Assembly (NCBI GenBank): GCA_963804165.1 | Contig: CAWDPO010000043.1 | Location: 224,001 to 288,000 of the forward strand | Origin: an uncultured delta proteobacterium | Lineage (GTDB): Bacteria > Desulfobacterota > Binatia > UBA9968 | DNA: 64,000 nt | Direction of reading: 5' to 3' | Part shown: positions 40,490 through 52,264 of the stretch, piece after piece | How positions within the stretch are numbered: the stretch's first letter is position 1 | Layout of the letters: the number at the start of each line of letters is the position of its first letter | Program-made: the position numbers and the translations under genes | The notes under the pieces: generated by a model | What the model was told of the DNA's origin: nothing | Seen by the model: only the letters and a program-made list of their open reading frames with translations | The model's database searches: none

Positions 40490-41710
40490 GCTGTTCCCTG
40501 CTTCCCGATAAACGCCTCGTGCAGCACCCTCACTGCGAGTTCCGTATACTTAGCATCGATCACCACCGAGATTTTAATCTCTGAGGTCGATATCATCTCG
40601 ATGTTAATTCCTTCGGCGGCCAATACCTGGAACATCTTAGCCGCGACTCCGGCGTGCGTGCGCATGCCCACGCCGACCACGGAAACTTTGGCGATATCGG
40701 TGTCGACTTTGATGCCTTTGGCATGCACAGCCGGCAAAGTCTTTTCCATAATGCTAAGCGCCTTTTTGTGATCAGCCTTAGGTACGGTAAAAGTCAAATC
40801 CGTGGTGCCGTCTTCGCTGGCATTTTGTATGATCATATCAACGACGATGTGAGCGTCCGCTATCGGCCCGAAAATCTGCGCCGCCAGGCCCGGCTGATCG
40901 GGGACGCGGACCAAGGTAATCTTGGCTTCATTCTTCTCTGAGGCCACGCCCGACACTAACACGTCGTTCATACTCGCCTCCTCGTTAACCAACCACGTTC
41001 CGTCGACATCCGAAAACGTCGAGCGGACGTGCACCGGCACGGAATAATTCTTGGCAAACTCCACCGCGCGGATTTCCAGAACTTTGGCGCCGGTGCTCGC
41101 CAGCTCGATCATCTCGTCGTAAGAAATACGCGCGAGCTTTCTCGCCTGTGGGACAAATCCCCGGATCCGCCGTAAAAACCCCGTCGACGTCGGTGTAAAT
41201 CTCGCACGCTTCGGCATTGAGAAACGCCGCCAACGCCACCGCGCTGGTGTCCGATCCGCCGCGTCCAAGGGTCGTGATATTATCGTCTTCGTCCACCCCC
41301 TGAAAGCCCGCGACGACCACGACATCGCCGGCTTTCATCGCCTGCACAATCTTGCTCGAATCGATGCTCAAAATTCGCGCCTTGCCGTAAGCGTTGTCGG
41401 TCTCGATTCGCACTTGATGTCCTAAATAGGAGCGCGCCGCCTGGCCGAGCTCTTTGAGCGCAAGAGTCAACAACGCCACGGAAACTTGCTCGCCCGACGC
41501 CAGCAGCACGTCTTTTTCACGCTCATCGGGCGTTTCGGCAATCTCATGGGCAAGCCCCAGCAAACGATTGGTCTCTCCCGCCATGGCGGAAACAACGACA
41601 ACCACATCGTGCCCCACCCGCTTCGCGCGGACGACTTTTGCCGCCACCTGCTTGATGCGCTCAATCGAACCGACCGATGTCCCGCCGTATTTCTGAACCA
41701 GTAACGACAC
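40486..41710 (-). CDS. lysC: Aspartate kinase, frameshift near 41150
   Basis: [26 protein letters not shown] domains ISTSEIKIS. Confidence 0.95.
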
Positions 41711-41714
41711 TCGC

Positions 41715-42251
41715 CTAATCCCCTGTGCCTGAAGCCCGCCGTTGAACCTTTGAACTTTTGAACTTTTGAACGCCCGATTTCTTAATCATCTGTTCGACAA
41801 TATTCTCATATCGCTCGCCATGAGCGATGAATGTTATCTCCCGTCTCGATCCGCCGGCATGAGCGAGCCGCAATTCGAGGTGCTCGCCAACCTCATCCGA
41901 CGGCAGATACTCGAACCATTCGATCAGACTCACACCATCCGCGTACAGATACTCCCGAAGATTTAGCGACTCGATCTCGTCCAGCGTACCCACCCGGTAA
42001 AGATCGATGTGATACACCGGCAAGCGGCCTTGGTACTCATTGATCAAGGTAAACGTCGGACTGCGCACCCAAGCCGTTTTACTAACTTTGATCCCGTCGC
42101 AGAAACCACGCACAAGACAGGTTTTCCCCGTCCCCAATTCACCCGTCAAGCCGACAATCTCACCGCCTTGAACCAGCTTTGCCAATTTCCGGCCCAGGCT
42201 TATGGTCATGCGGACGGAAGTCGAGATTACAGTCCACGAACCCATCGCCAT
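41715..42251 (-). CDS. tsaE: t6A biosynthesis ATPase
   Basis: [27 protein letters not shown]. Confidence 0.93.
   Translation of the reverse strand: MAMGSWTVISTSVRMTISLGRKLAKLVQGGEIVGLTGELGTGKTCLVRGFCDGIKVSKTAWVRSPTFTLINEYQGRLPVYHIDLYRVGTLDEIESLNLREYLYADGVSLIEWFEYLPSDEVGEHLELRLAHAGGSRREITFIAHGERYENIVEQMIKKSGVQKFKSSKVQRRASGTGD
41742..41771. repeat. 8-mer TTGAAC-core tandem repeat inside the tsaE 3' end
   Basis: ttgaacct ttgaactt ttgaactt ttgaac, read as [10 protein letters not shown] on the minus strand. Confidence 0.7.
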
Positions 42252-42297
42252 CGGAGCCCCCAGGTATAACTAGTATAATTTTAAGGCGAATTCGAGC

Positions 42298-43850
42298 CTA
42301 GGGGAGCGGCGACGCAAGCGTGCGTAAGCCCTCGGGCAAAGCTTGAATGATATCCGACGCAATCAGTCCGATCGTGCCGCGCTCCCCGGCTACGTGGTCA
42401 CCGACGAAACCGTGCAGGTACACACCGAGCTTCATGGCATCTTCAGGAGAAAGTCCTTGTCCCAATAAGGCACCAAGCATTCCGGCCAGCACGTCGCCCA
42501 TGCCACCGCTCGCCATACCGGGGTTACCGGTTGGGTTGATAAATACCTTCCCTTCAGCCGTGGCGATCACCGTCCGCGCGCCTTTGAGAACCAAATGACA
42601 GTGGCGCTCGACGGCAAACGATCGGGCGACTTCCACCCGATCGGCATTGACGGTCGCCGTGCTTTTTCCCGTCAGCCGCGCCATCTCGCCGGGATGCGGC
42701 GTGAGCACAGGCGCAGTCTTCGCATGCTGCAACCGGTCGATCTCGAGCGCCAAATTATTGAGCCCGTCGGCATCGATGACCCACGGCATGTCTAAATTTC
42801 TGAGCAGCCAGCGCAAATTGCTTTGGGTGGCTTCATTGACACCGATGCCCGGACCGAAGAGCACGGCATTTTTCCGCTCCAATATGTGGCGCCAATCGTC
42901 GTCGCTCAGCGGCTCCATTTGCTCCGCGTCATTGTCCCGCAAAGGTTCGGTCATGACTTCGACCAACGAGCTGGCGAAAATATCATTCAGCGAACACGGT
43001 GCGGCCAGCGTCACCAATCCGGCGCCAGTGCGCATGGCGGCGCGGCAAGCAAGAATCGCCGCGCCGGTCTTGCCGCGCAAGCCCGCGACGACTAGCACAT
43101 GGCCGTAGGTTCCTTTGTGAGTATCCGCTTCACGCCGTGGTACCAGCCTGCGAATAATTTCGCGATCTAAAAGCTCGGTCTTAGGCGCAACTTCCGCGAC
43201 AGCTCCATCCGCAATACCTATGTCGGCAACCACGAGTTCGCCGACAAAATTCAATCCCGGATAAATCACTTCGCCGAGCTTAGGAAAGCCCAGGGCCACC
43301 GTCATTTCTGACTGAACTGCGACGCCGAGGGGCGTTCCTCTGTCCGTATCGAGTCCCGAGGGAATATCGACGGCGACGATCGGCAAACCGGACGCGTTGA
43401 TCAACGTGATCGCGTCGACGAACAACCCGCGTACTTCGTTTTTCACTCCCGTGCCGAGGATCGCGTCGACGATCAGACCCTTCTCAGTCGTTGACGGAGC
43501 AAATCGATTTCATTGGCGGAAATCTCCGTCACCTTGCCCTTGAGCTTGAGAAAGGCGCGCAGATTGTGCGCCGCATCGGTCGAAAGCTCTTCCTTGCGTG
43601 CGAGCAGCGCAACCTCACAAGGAATCCTCTTCTTCTTAAGCAAGCGCGCGACAACCAAGCCATCGCCGCCGTTGTTGCCTTTGCCGGCGACGATCAACAC
43701 ACCTTTCTTGGCGTGACGTGGAAAGCTTTTTAAGATCGCCTGCGCAATGGCTTCGCCGGCGCGCTCCATCAGCGTCAGGCTGGGCACGCCGTACTTTTGG
43801 ATCGTCAGGCGATCCATCTCGCGCATCTGTTCGGCGGTGACGACGATCAT
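42298..43850 (-). CDS. nnr: Bifunctional NAD(P)HX epimerase/dehydratase, frameshift near 43475
   Basis: [48 protein letters not shown]. Confidence 0.93.
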
Positions 43851-43851
43851 C

Positions 43852-43939
43852 GTTCAAGGTTCCGAGTTCAAAGTTCCAAGTTCACGGCCAAATTGTTCAA
43901 AATCTTCGACATTGAACCTTGAACGTTGAACCTTGAACC
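43852..43939. repeat. Inverted pair of 7-mer GTTCAAG/TTGAACC tandem repeats at the pdxJ/nnr junction
   Basis: gttcaag gttccga gttcaaa gttccaa gttcacg ... ttgaacc ttgaacg ttgaacc ttgaacc. Confidence 0.78.
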
Positions 43940-43942
43940 GAG

Positions 43943-44665
43943 CTAGCGCCGGGCGCGAAGCAGCAGTTCCTTCATCTCGCTAACGGCTTGGCTAATGCCG
44001 ACGATCACCGCGCGCGCGATAATGCTGTGGCCGATATTAAGCTCGATAATCTCGGGGATATCAGCGATCGGCAGGACGTTTTCGTAGTCGAGGCCGTGGC
44101 CAGCGTGAACGTCGAGTCCTAACTTTTGGGCCAAAGACGCCCCGCGAACGATCACTTCGCGCTCGTTCTCCCGCGCCGTTCCGTTGACGTTGCAGTACGT
44201 ACCCGTATGAAGTTCGATGGCGTAGGCGCCCACTTCCTTCGCCGCTTCGATTTGCGCTTGCACCGGATCAATGAAGAGGCTGACGTGAATGCCGCGATCT
44301 TGGAGTTTCTTCACCGCATCTTTTACTTTGAGTCTATGCGAGACCACGTCGAGACCCCCCTCGGTGGTCAGCTCCTCGCGTTTCTCTGGAACGAAGCACG
44401 CATCGTTGGGGCGAATTCTTTCCGCATACGCCACCATCGCCGGCGTCACGGCCATTTCCAAATTGACTTTGGTGGCGGCTTGTTCGCGCAGCCGCTCGAC
44501 GTCGCGTTCTTGGATATGCCGGCGGTCTTCGCGCAGGTGCACGGTGATGCCGTCGGCGCCGGCCTTCTCCGCAAGCAGCGCAGCCGCCACCGGATCGGGC
44601 ACCTCGGCTTGGCGCGCTTGGCGCACCGTCGCCACGTGATCGACATTCACTCCTAAACGAATCAC
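43943..44665 (-). CDS. pdxJ: Pyridoxine 5'-phosphate synthase
   Basis: LGVNVDHVATVRQAR, HLREDRRHI, TTEGGLD, HAGHGL. Confidence 0.97.
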   Translation of the reverse strand: MIRLGVNVDHVATVRQARQAEVPDPVAAALLAEKAGADGITVHLREDRRHIQERDVERLREQAATKVNLEMAVTPAMVAYAERIRPNDACFVPEKREELTTEGGLDVVSHRLKVKDAVKKLQDRGIHVSLFIDPVQAQIEAAKEVGAYAIELHTGTYCNVNGTARENEREVIVRGASLAQKLGLDVHAGHGLDYENVLPIADIPEIIELNIGHSIIARAVIVGISQAVSEMKELLLRARR

Positions 44666-44668
44666 GGC

Positions 44669-46114
44669 CTACCCGCCGACCTCCGCGTGAATCTCGTCGG
44701 CGATGGCTTGCGCCATCGCACGAATTGTTTTCTCGTCCTCACCTTCTAACATCACCCGCGCCAGCAACTCGGTGCCCGAGTAGCGCACCAGGACGCGCCC
44801 GCGTCCCGCCATGACGCGTTCGACCTCGGCGATCTTCTGGCTCACTTTGGGCATGGCGGTTAAATCCTTTCTTTCTTTGACGCGAATGTTAAGCAAGATC
44901 TGCGGCAAGCGCGTCATAACACGTTTGAGCTCGCTCAAACGTTTGCGTTTCTCCACCATCAACGCGAGCATCTGCAAACAGGTGATTCCGCCGTCGCCGG
45001 TCGTGTTATGATCCAAAAACAAAATGTGTCCTGACTGCTCGCCGCCTAGATTAAAATTGTCCGCCACCATCTTCTCGACCACGTAGCGATCGCCGACTTG
45101 GGTGCGCACCACGTCCAATCCAGCATTGCGCATGGCCAGTTCGAGCCCCAGATTGCTCATCACCGTAGCCACCACGCCGGCGCCCTTGAGGGTGCCTTTT
45201 TGTTGCATGTCTAACGCTGAGATGGCCATGACCTGATCGCCGTCGAGAATATCGCCGGTTTCATCGATGAAGATCGCTCGGTCTGCATCGCCGTCTAACG
45301 ACACCGCGAAATCAGCGCCCTCGTGCAGTAGGACTTCGCGCGCGGTTTCCGGATAAAGCGCGCCGCAGCGGCGGTTGATATTTTCGCCGTCCGGTTGCAC
45401 CCCAATCGGCAGAACCTCCGCGCCGAGCTCGGATAGGACTTCGGGAACGACTCTGTACGCTGCACCGTGGCCGCAATCGACGATGATTTTCAATCCCTCC
45501 AAAGTCGAGTGGCGCGGAAAACTATTCTTGAGAAAAACATTATAGCGACCCACGGCATCGGATATACGAAAGGCCTTACCGATCTCCGAAGCGGTCGGTC
45601 GCGACTCCTCGGTCACGCCGCTATAAATCATTTCTTCCATGCGCGCTTCGACTTCGTCCGGCAGTTTAAACCCGTCGCCGGAAAAAAATTTAATGCCGTT
45701 GTCTTGATAGGGATTGTGCGACGCGGAGATGACTACCCCGGCGTCCGCCCGCATGCTTCGCGTTAGAAAGGCGACCCCGGGCGTCGGCAGCGGCCCGACC
45801 AGCAGAACATCGGCGCCCATCGAGACGATGCCGGAGGCCAGTGCGGTCTCGAGCATGTAGCCGGAGAGGCGAGTGTCCTTGCCGATCAGGATCTTGTAGC
45901 GGTGCTTGCCGTCTTCGCCGTTTTTGCGCAAAACCGACGGCGCCAAAGCGTGGCCGGCTGGGTCGGCGGCCGCAGATTCGTGCAACACTTTGGCGATCGC
46001 GCGCCCTAGTTTCAGCGCCATCTCCGACGTCATCGGCTCTTGATTGGCGACGCCGCGGACCCCGTCAGTGCCAAAGAGGTGACGCGTGGGCTGTTTATCT
46101 TTTCCTTGGCTCAT
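44669..46114 (-). CDS. glmM: Phosphoglucosamine mutase
   Basis: [34 protein letters not shown]. Confidence 0.96.
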   Translation of the reverse strand: MSQGKDKQPTRHLFGTDGVRGVANQEPMTSEMALKLGRAIAKVLHESAAADPAGHALAPSVLRKNGEDGKHRYKILIGKDTRLSGYMLETALASGIVSMGADVLLVGPLPTPGVAFLTRSMRADAGVVISASHNPYQDNGIKFFSGDGFKLPDEVEARMEEMIYSGVTEESRPTASEIGKAFRISDAVGRYNVFLKNSFPRHSTLEGLKIIVDCGHGAAYRVVPEVLSELGAEVLPIGVQPDGENINRRCGALYPETAREVLLHEGADFAVSLDGDADRAIFIDETGDILDGDQVMAISALDMQQKGTLKGAGVVATVMSNLGLELAMRNAGLDVVRTQVGDRYVVEKMVADNFNLGGEQSGHILFLDHNTTGDGGITCLQMLALMVEKRKRLSELKRVMTRLPQILLNIRVKERKDLTAMPKVSQKIAEVERVMAGRGRVLVRYSGTELLARVMLEGEDEKTIRAMAQAIADEIHAEVGG

Positions 46115-46138
46115 CGCGCTGAACTCCTTTGTCAGAAA

Positions 46139-47071
46139 TCATTCGGACGGTTTGGTGACCCGCACTCGAAAACGTTGCGGCTTTTGTTCGACCACTTTAA
46201 CCTCCAGCGGTAAATTGAACAATAACGCCAGGCTATGTTCACCTGCAGATACGCCTTTCAGGTTTAGATAGACGTTTTCCGAAGTCAACTGCAATTTTTC
46301 AACCATGCTCTTAGGGCCGGAAACCCTTATGGCCACCGACTGCGGCGAAACGGTATATACGCCTTTAAAATCTTTAGCGCGCACTTCGACCTGATCAAAC
46401 TGTCGCGTGATTTGCTCTTCCTCGAGCATGACGACGACCTCCACCTGATCAGGTGCAATGGTGAGGGGCTTGCCATCGTTGGATAGCCTAACTTTGCGCC
46501 TGATACCGCCACGGCTGTCCTCCACGTCCACTGGTACGGTTTCAATCGACGGCAAGCGCCTTACTTCCTCGGCTGGTCCCTGCACCGAAACACTCTCCGG
46601 CCGCGCGGTAGTCTGAGCAATGCGAAAGCCCGCGGCCGGTTTCCCGGAGAGCCGCACGGTCACCGGTAAGGTTCGCGTAATCACCGGCTCGAGCCGCAGA
46701 TGGATGACCGGAGGAGTTATCCGGCCGACGGTGACGCCGCGCGGAACATTAAAATTATTCGCCGATAGCGGATAGCTCAACGAGCCTGACTTGGCGCCGT
46801 CAAGATCTAAGGAAAGCTTCAAGTTGTCAGCGTCTAGCGTTGAAACCAACGTGCGCGGACCCATCAGGCGCAAAACCACGTAATCGACTCGGTTGTCCAT
46901 AACCATCAAATCGGACGGAATGCTGCGAAACTCCACCGGGACTTCGATCGCCCGCTCGGTATCGCGATGGCCCGCCAACCAAAGTCCTACCGCGATCGTC
47001 AACGCCAGCGCCTTCAGGCCAAAATTGCTCCCGGCCAGCGAAACGATTTTTTCCCAGAGCCGTTTTATCAC
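46139..47071 (-). CDS. cdaR: CdaR/YbbR-like regulator of diadenylate cyclase
   Basis: N-terminal TM followed by YbbR-type repeats; GTG overlaps the cdaA stop. Confidence 0.8.
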   Translation of the reverse strand: MIKRLWEKIVSLAGSNFGLKALALTIAVGLWLAGHRDTERAIEVPVEFRSIPSDLMVMDNRVDYVVLRLMGPRTLVSTLDADNLKLSLDLDGAKSGSLSYPLSANNFNVPRGVTVGRITPPVIHLRLEPVITRTLPVTVRLSGKPAAGFRIAQTTARPESVSVQGPAEEVRRLPSIETVPVDVEDSRGGIRRKVRLSNDGKPLTIAPDQVEVVVMLEEEQITRQFDQVEVRAKDFKGVYTVSPQSVAIRVSGPKSMVEKLQLTSENVYLNLKGVSAGEHSLALLFNLPLEVKVVEQKPQRFRVRVTKPSE

Positions 47072-47823
47072 GTCACCAGATCCTGCAGTGCGGAGCGCAG
47101 CCTTGCGACGTCGACGTTCTCGGTTACGTTTCCACCGACCACGAGGGCCACGGTCCCCTCCTGTTCGGAGATGATAATCGCAACGGCATCCGTTTCTTCG
47201 GTCACACCGAGCGCAGCACGATGCCGGGTGCCCCAAGATTTCCGCAAGTTGGGATTGGTGCTGAGCGGCAACAGACAGCGCACCGCGGTAACCCGCCCCT
47301 TTTGGATGACGAGCGCACCGTCATGGATCGGTGAATGCGGCAGAAAAACGCTTTCGACGAGCTCCCGGCTTACCCGGGCATCGAGGCGTGTGCCGATTTC
47401 CATATACTCGTTCAATCCCACCTCGCGCTCGAGGACGATTAGACCGCCCACGTGTCTCGCGGCCAACGATGCCGCTGCGTGAACGATTTCCTCGATGATG
47501 TCCTCGCGCGGCTGCACCGTGCGTTCGCTGGCGCCAAAAAGCGGTGCGCTGCCGACCTGCGTGAGGGCGCGGCGGATGTCGCTTTGGAAAATCACGATGA
47601 TGACCAAGATGATCGAGCCGAGAAAGTTGTCGAGAATCCAGTTCAGCGTGAAGAGTCCGAGCGCGCGGGACGACACATAGGCGACGAGAATCACCGCCAA
47701 GCCGATGATCATTTGCATGGCGCGGCTGCCGCGGACGATCTGTAGCGAGCGATAGACGAGGAATGTGATAATGCCGATGTCGACAAAGTCCTGCCAACGA
47801 ATCTGTCGGATCAACTCGAACAT
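47068..47823 (-). CDS. cdaA: Diadenylate cyclase CdaA/DacA
   Basis: 3 TM helices, IFQSDIRRAL, HDGA and GTRHRAALG motifs. Confidence 0.94.
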   Translation of the reverse strand: MFELIRQIRWQDFVDIGIITFLVYRSLQIVRGSRAMQMIIGLAVILVAYVSSRALGLFTLNWILDNFLGSIILVIIVIFQSDIRRALTQVGSAPLFGASERTVQPREDIIEEIVHAAASLAARHVGGLIVLEREVGLNEYMEIGTRLDARVSRELVESVFLPHSPIHDGALVIQKGRVTAVRCLLPLSTNPNLRKSWGTRHRAALGVTEETDAVAIIISEQEGTVALVVGGNVTENVDVARLRSALQDLVT

Positions 47824-47827
47824 GGGG

Positions 47828-48760
47828 TCATTTCCGCGACTGCATAGATCCCGCTCGGATGGCGTCCGCAATCCGCACGGCTTTACAAGTTTCGACGACG
47901 TCATGGACGCGGACGATATTCGCTCCCGCCAAAGCCGCCGCCACCGCCGCCGCGAGGCTCCCCTCGAGACGATCAGCGGGTTCGACATTCAAAATCTTGC
48001 CGATAAAAGCTTTGCGCGAGACGCCCACCAAGACGGGTTGTCCCAAGGCGGCAAGCACCGGCAGCGCGCGCAGCAACTGCAAATTGTGCTCGACAGTTTT
48101 ACCAAAACCGATTCCAGGATCGATGATGATCATATCCTGTGCGACCCCCGCATCCATTGCTTCGTAAAGCTGCGCTGCGAGAAAATCTCGCACCTCGCGC
48201 ACGACGTCGTTATATTGTGGCTCGCGCTGCATGGTCCGCGGCGTGCCCTGCATGTGCATCAACACCACGGGCACCTTCTCCGCGGCGACGAGTGACGCCA
48301 TCGCCGGGTCGTAGCGCAACGCGCTGATGTCGTTCACGATATCCGCCCCTGCGTCCAACGCCGCCCGGGCGATGGCAGACTTGTAGGTATCGACGGAAAT
48401 GGGCACGCTGACCTCACGGCGCAAGCCTCGTACCACCGGCAGCACGCGCGCCAACTCTTCGTCCTCCGAAACCGGCTGCGCCCCCGGGCGAGTTGATTCG
48501 CCGCCGACGTCGAGAATATCCGCGCCCGCCGCCGCCATTTCGATACCGTCGGCGATCGCCTTCGCCGGATCTCGGTGCCGCCCGCCGTCGAAAAACGAAT
48601 CAGGCGTCACGTTAATTATGCCCATGACGAGCGTGCGCCGGGAAAAATCGAGCTTGCCCCGGCGCGTGACTAAATACCCGTAGTCGCGTGCCACAGCCGG
48701 GTTTAGCGGTGTCAATTGTGACAACGCCGTGTTTAGATCACGTGACTTTTGATCAGACAT
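47828..48760 (-). CDS. folP: Dihydropteroate synthase
   Basis: MGIINVTPDSF, GGESTRPG, DPGIGFGK, GVSRK, RVHDV. Confidence 0.96.
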   Translation of the reverse strand: MSDQKSRDLNTALSQLTPLNPAVARDYGYLVTRRGKLDFSRRTLVMGIINVTPDSFFDGGRHRDPAKAIADGIEMAAAGADILDVGGESTRPGAQPVSEDEELARVLPVVRGLRREVSVPISVDTYKSAIARAALDAGADIVNDISALRYDPAMASLVAAEKVPVVLMHMQGTPRTMQREPQYNDVVREVRDFLAAQLYEAMDAGVAQDMIIIDPGIGFGKTVEHNLQLLRALPVLAALGQPVLVGVSRKAFIGKILNVEPADRLEGSLAAAVAAALAGANIVRVHDVVETCKAVRIADAIRAGSMQSRK

Positions 48761-48916
48761 CAGATTTTCATCCAAGGTCGTCCGAGGAACTTCGACTAAG
48801 CGGTAGCGAAACTGCGAGACACTACCTCAGAGCCGAAACGGATCGGCTATCGGGGGAGAACGATCGTGAATTGAAACACGGAGTTTGGGAGCCGATGGCC
48901 CCGGCAAGAAACAGCG

Positions 48917-50758
48917 TCAGGCGATAGCCGCGGCGGCCGACGAAGCAAGCGGGTCTCCACCGTTCCCGCCGAACTCTCTAACGATGGCATCGATCTCGGA
49001 TCCGTCCAGTACTTCTTTTTCGAGCAGCGATTCGGCAACTTTATGGAGTAGCCGCAAATTCGTTTTCAAGAGGTCCTTGGCTTTGTGGTAGCTATCTTGA
49101 ATGATCCGCCGGACCTCGGCATCGATTTCGATCGCCGTGTTCTCGGAATAGTCCACTTTCTGCGTAAAATCTCTTCCTAAAAAGATCTCTTCCTCTTTCT
49201 TACCAAACGTCATCGGACCGAGCTTCTCGCTCATGCCCCACTCGCAGACCATGCGGCGCGCGAGATCCGTTGCTTTCTCAATATCGTTGCCCGCCCCGGT
49301 CGTCATATGATTGAGCACGAGCTCTTCCGCGACCCGGCCACCAAACAGGATCACCAAGTTGTTGAGCAGATACTCTCGCGGATAGGTATGCTTCTCGTCC
49401 ATCGGCAGCTGCTGGGTCAAGCCGAGGGCCATGCCGCGCGGGATGATGGTCACTTTGTGAATCGGATCAGCTCCCGGCAATAGCTTGGCCACCAGCGCGT
49501 GGCCCGCTTCGTGATACGCTGTGTTGCGCTTCTCTTCATCGCTGATAATCATGCTGCGCCGCTCGGCGCCCATCATGACCTTGTCTTTGGCGAGCTCGAA
49601 GTCACGCATGTCGACTTTTTCTTTATTATTCCGCGCCGCCAGCAGCGCCGCTTCATTGACCAGGTTTTCCAGGTCCGCCCCGGCAAAGCCCGGCGTCGAA
49701 CGCGCGAGAACACTGATATCGACGTCCGCTGCAACCGGAACCTTGCGGGTATGCACTTGCAGGATCCCCTCGCGGCCTTTGATATCGGGTCGCGGGACAA
49801 CGACGCGGCGATCAAATCGGCCGGGTCTAAGCAGCGCCGGATCTAACACGTCAGGACGGTTGGTCGCAGCGATGAGAATGACGCCTTCGTTTGCCTCGAA
49901 GCCGTCCATCTCCACCAGCAATTGATTCAAAGTCTGCTCGCGCTCATCATGGCCACCGCCAAGCCCGGCACCGCGATGGCGTCCGACAGCATCGATTTCG
50001 TCGATGAAAATAATGCACGGCGCGTTCTTTTTTCCCTGGACGAATAGATCGCGGACCCGTGAAGCACCGACGCCGACGAACATTTCGACGAAGTCTGACC
50101 CGCTGATGCTAAAGAACGGGACGCCTGCTTCGCCCGCGATGGCCCGAGCCAGAAGAGTCTTCCCCGTTCCCGGAGGGCCGACCAACAGGCAACCCTTGGG
50201 AATCCGGCCACCGAGCTTGGTAAACTTTTTTGGGTCCTTAAGAAACGCAATGATTTCCTGGAGGTCGTCTTTCGCTTCATCCACTCCGGCGACGTCGCTG
50301 AAAGTTACGCGGTGTTGGTTTTCGGTGAGCAATTTTGCCCGGCTTTTGCCAAATGACATCGCCTTGCCGCCGCCAACCTGCATCTGGCGCATAAAAAATA
50401 TCCAGACGCCGATGAGCAACAGCATCGGAAACCAATTGAGCAAAAGAACCATGTACCAAGGAGAATCCTCCTCGGGCTTAGCTGCGATAACGACCTTTTT
50501 GTCGCGCAGCAACTTTACCAACTCCGGATCGTTGGGCGCGAAAGTGCGAAAGCGCTCGCCGTTGGATTTGTATTCGCCTTGGATGTTATGACCCTGGATC
50601 GTAACTTTGCGCACATCTCCGCGCTCGACCGAAGCCATGAACTCGCTAAAAACGATCTCCGGTTCGCGCCCGTGCTGTTTATTAAATACGCTGAATATGG
50701 CTAAGAAAATAAGTGCCAGGACCAGCCAAAGAGCGATATGTTTTGATGACTGACTCAA
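48917..50758 (-). CDS. ftsH: ATP-dependent zinc metalloprotease FtsH
   Basis: [26 protein letters not shown]; TTG start after GGAGG. Confidence 0.97.
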   Translation of the reverse strand: MSQSSKHIALWLVLALIFLAIFSVFNKQHGREPEIVFSEFMASVERGDVRKVTIQGHNIQGEYKSNGERFRTFAPNDPELVKLLRDKKVVIAAKPEEDSPWYMVLLLNWFPMLLLIGVWIFFMRQMQVGGGKAMSFGKSRAKLLTENQHRVTFSDVAGVDEAKDDLQEIIAFLKDPKKFTKLGGRIPKGCLLVGPPGTGKTLLARAIAGEAGVPFFSISGSDFVEMFVGVGASRVRDLFVQGKKNAPCIIFIDEIDAVGRHRGAGLGGGHDEREQTLNQLLVEMDGFEANEGVILIAATNRPDVLDPALLRPGRFDRRVVVPRPDIKGREGILQVHTRKVPVAADVDISVLARSTPGFAGADLENLVNEAALLAARNNKEKVDMRDFELAKDKVMMGAERRSMIISDEEKRNTAYHEAGHALVAKLLPGADPIHKVTIIPRGMALGLTQQLPMDEKHTYPREYLLNNLVILFGGRVAEELVLNHMTTGAGNDIEKATDLARRMVCEWGMSEKLGPMTFGKKEEEIFLGRDFTQKVDYSENTAIEIDAEVRRIIQDSYHKAKDLLKTNLRLLHKVAESLLEKEVLDGSEIDAIVREFGGNGGDPLASSAAAAIA

Positions 50759-50833
50759 CCGTTCCTCCAAAGTCTAAGAACGAAAAAAGTGTAACACACG
50801 CGACTACTTCGATCAATAATAACCCAATGGAAT

Positions 50834-52264
50834 TTAAGTCTCGATAGGTGTTGCTTTAAGATAAATCGCAGAACCGGTAGTTTTCTCCACACGACCGGCT
50901 TCGCTCCTGCCGTAACCGGGAATCCAGAGAATCTCTTCGCCCATAGTCAAAAGCGGCCATTTAGCCCTAACTGGCCACGGGACCCTGTTTTCGATGAATA
51001 GATCTTTTACTTTCTTGTGGCCGGTCATCCCTAACGGTTGAAATCGGTCGCCACGTCGGAAGTTTCGCACCCGCAGCGGCCCTGTCAAGTACGAGTCATC
51101 GAAAATGGCCTCCGTGAGATCCGCTTGGAGCGTAATTTGCGGCCGCGAGATGCGCTCGCTTCGGAATTCGACGGCGGCTTCATGGATACACAATGCTGTG
51201 CCGATTTCTAAAGGGTAATCATAGCAAATCTTCTTCAGCCCTCCGGAGCGCTTCTCCAACCTCAGACTTTCATACTCCCGGACCAATTCCCATCCCCCGG
51301 CAATCGCGAGCCTCCCTTGCACCGGGCCCTCCTCGATTAGACGCAATAGCGCGTCAATGTGAACGAAATCGACGCCGCGCAGATGTCCGCGTGCTTGCTC
51401 GATCCACAGGCGCAAAATCCTTCTTTGCAATGCTTTCGGCTCTCCAAGCAGACCTGGTCGCCCTAAACCCTTCGCGTCATGGATCGCGTCCAATCCCATG
51501 CGCGCCAACGCTTCCAAGTAGGTATCCTCATCGCGGAGCAACTCAGCCTGCTGGCTGAGCCGAGCGGGAAATCTGTCGTCGACCCGCTCTTGAATCTTTG
51601 GTATCAGCTCTGAGCGAATCCAGTTGCGCAGATACACCGGGTCCTGATTGCTCCGATCGACCCTGTAAGTGAGACTCTTTTCCGCCAAATATTCCATAAT
51701 CTCAGATTTTGAAATGTCGATCAGCGGACGAATGACGGCAAGAATTTCTGTCGAATCGCCGATGGCGATCCGAAGTTGTTGCCGCGGCGACATGCCACCC
51801 AAACCTCTCGTGCCGGCGCCACGCAAAAACCACATCAACACCGTTTCCGCCTGATCGTCCTGCGTATGCGCCGTAGCGACTTTGGCGAGTCCGCGCTGCT
51901 TTGCCGTCTCGGCAAAAAAACGATAGCGCTCAGCGCGCGCCAGCGCTTCGAGATTGCCCTTCCCGGCTTTGGACTTCATCGACGGAAGTTCAATCTCTTT
52001 CAGGTGGAACGGGAGCTTGAGTTTCTCCGCCAATTCGGCGACGAATCGCGCGTCCTCCTTCGCCTCCTCGCCGCGAATCCCATGCTGCAAATGGGCAACT
52101 TCCAGAAACAGCTGAAATTCTTCTCGAAGCTCGTGCAGCAAATGCAGTAGCGCCACCGAATCCGGCCCGCCGGAGACGGCGATCAGGATACGATCGCCGG
52201 AGGACAGAAGACCGTGCCGCTGATTTGTCGCTTTAACCTTTTGTTCGATGAACATTATCGACAA
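50834..52264 (-). CDS. tilS: tRNA(Ile)-lysidine synthase
   Basis: AVSGGPDS, AHTQDDQAET, IRPL, RNWIR, KKVKDLF. Confidence 0.95.
   Translation of the reverse strand: MSIMFIEQKVKATNQRHGLLSSGDRILIAVSGGPDSVALLHLLHELREEFQLFLEVAHLQHGIRGEEAKEDARFVAELAEKLKLPFHLKEIELPSMKSKAGKGNLEALARAERYRFFAETAKQRGLAKVATAHTQDDQAETVLMWFLRGAGTRGLGGMSPRQQLRIAIGDSTEILAVIRPLIDISKSEIMEYLAEKSLTYRVDRSNQDPVYLRNWIRSELIPKIQERVDDRFPARLSQQAELLRDEDTYLEALARMGLDAIHDAKGLGRPGLLGEPKALQRRILRLWIEQARGHLRGVDFVHIDALLRLIEEGPVQGRLAIAGGWELVREYESLRLEKRSGGLKKICYDYPLEIGTALCIHEAAVEFRSERISRPQITLQADLTEAIFDDSYLTGPLRVRNFRRGDRFQPLGMTGHKKVKDLFIENRVPWPVRAKWPLLTMGEEILWIPGYGRSEAGRVEKTTGSAIYLKATPIET

Noticed and set aside
36850-43939. Tandem repeats as a CRISPR array
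   Set aside because: Units are 7-9 bp with no unique spacers, and no cas genes are present.
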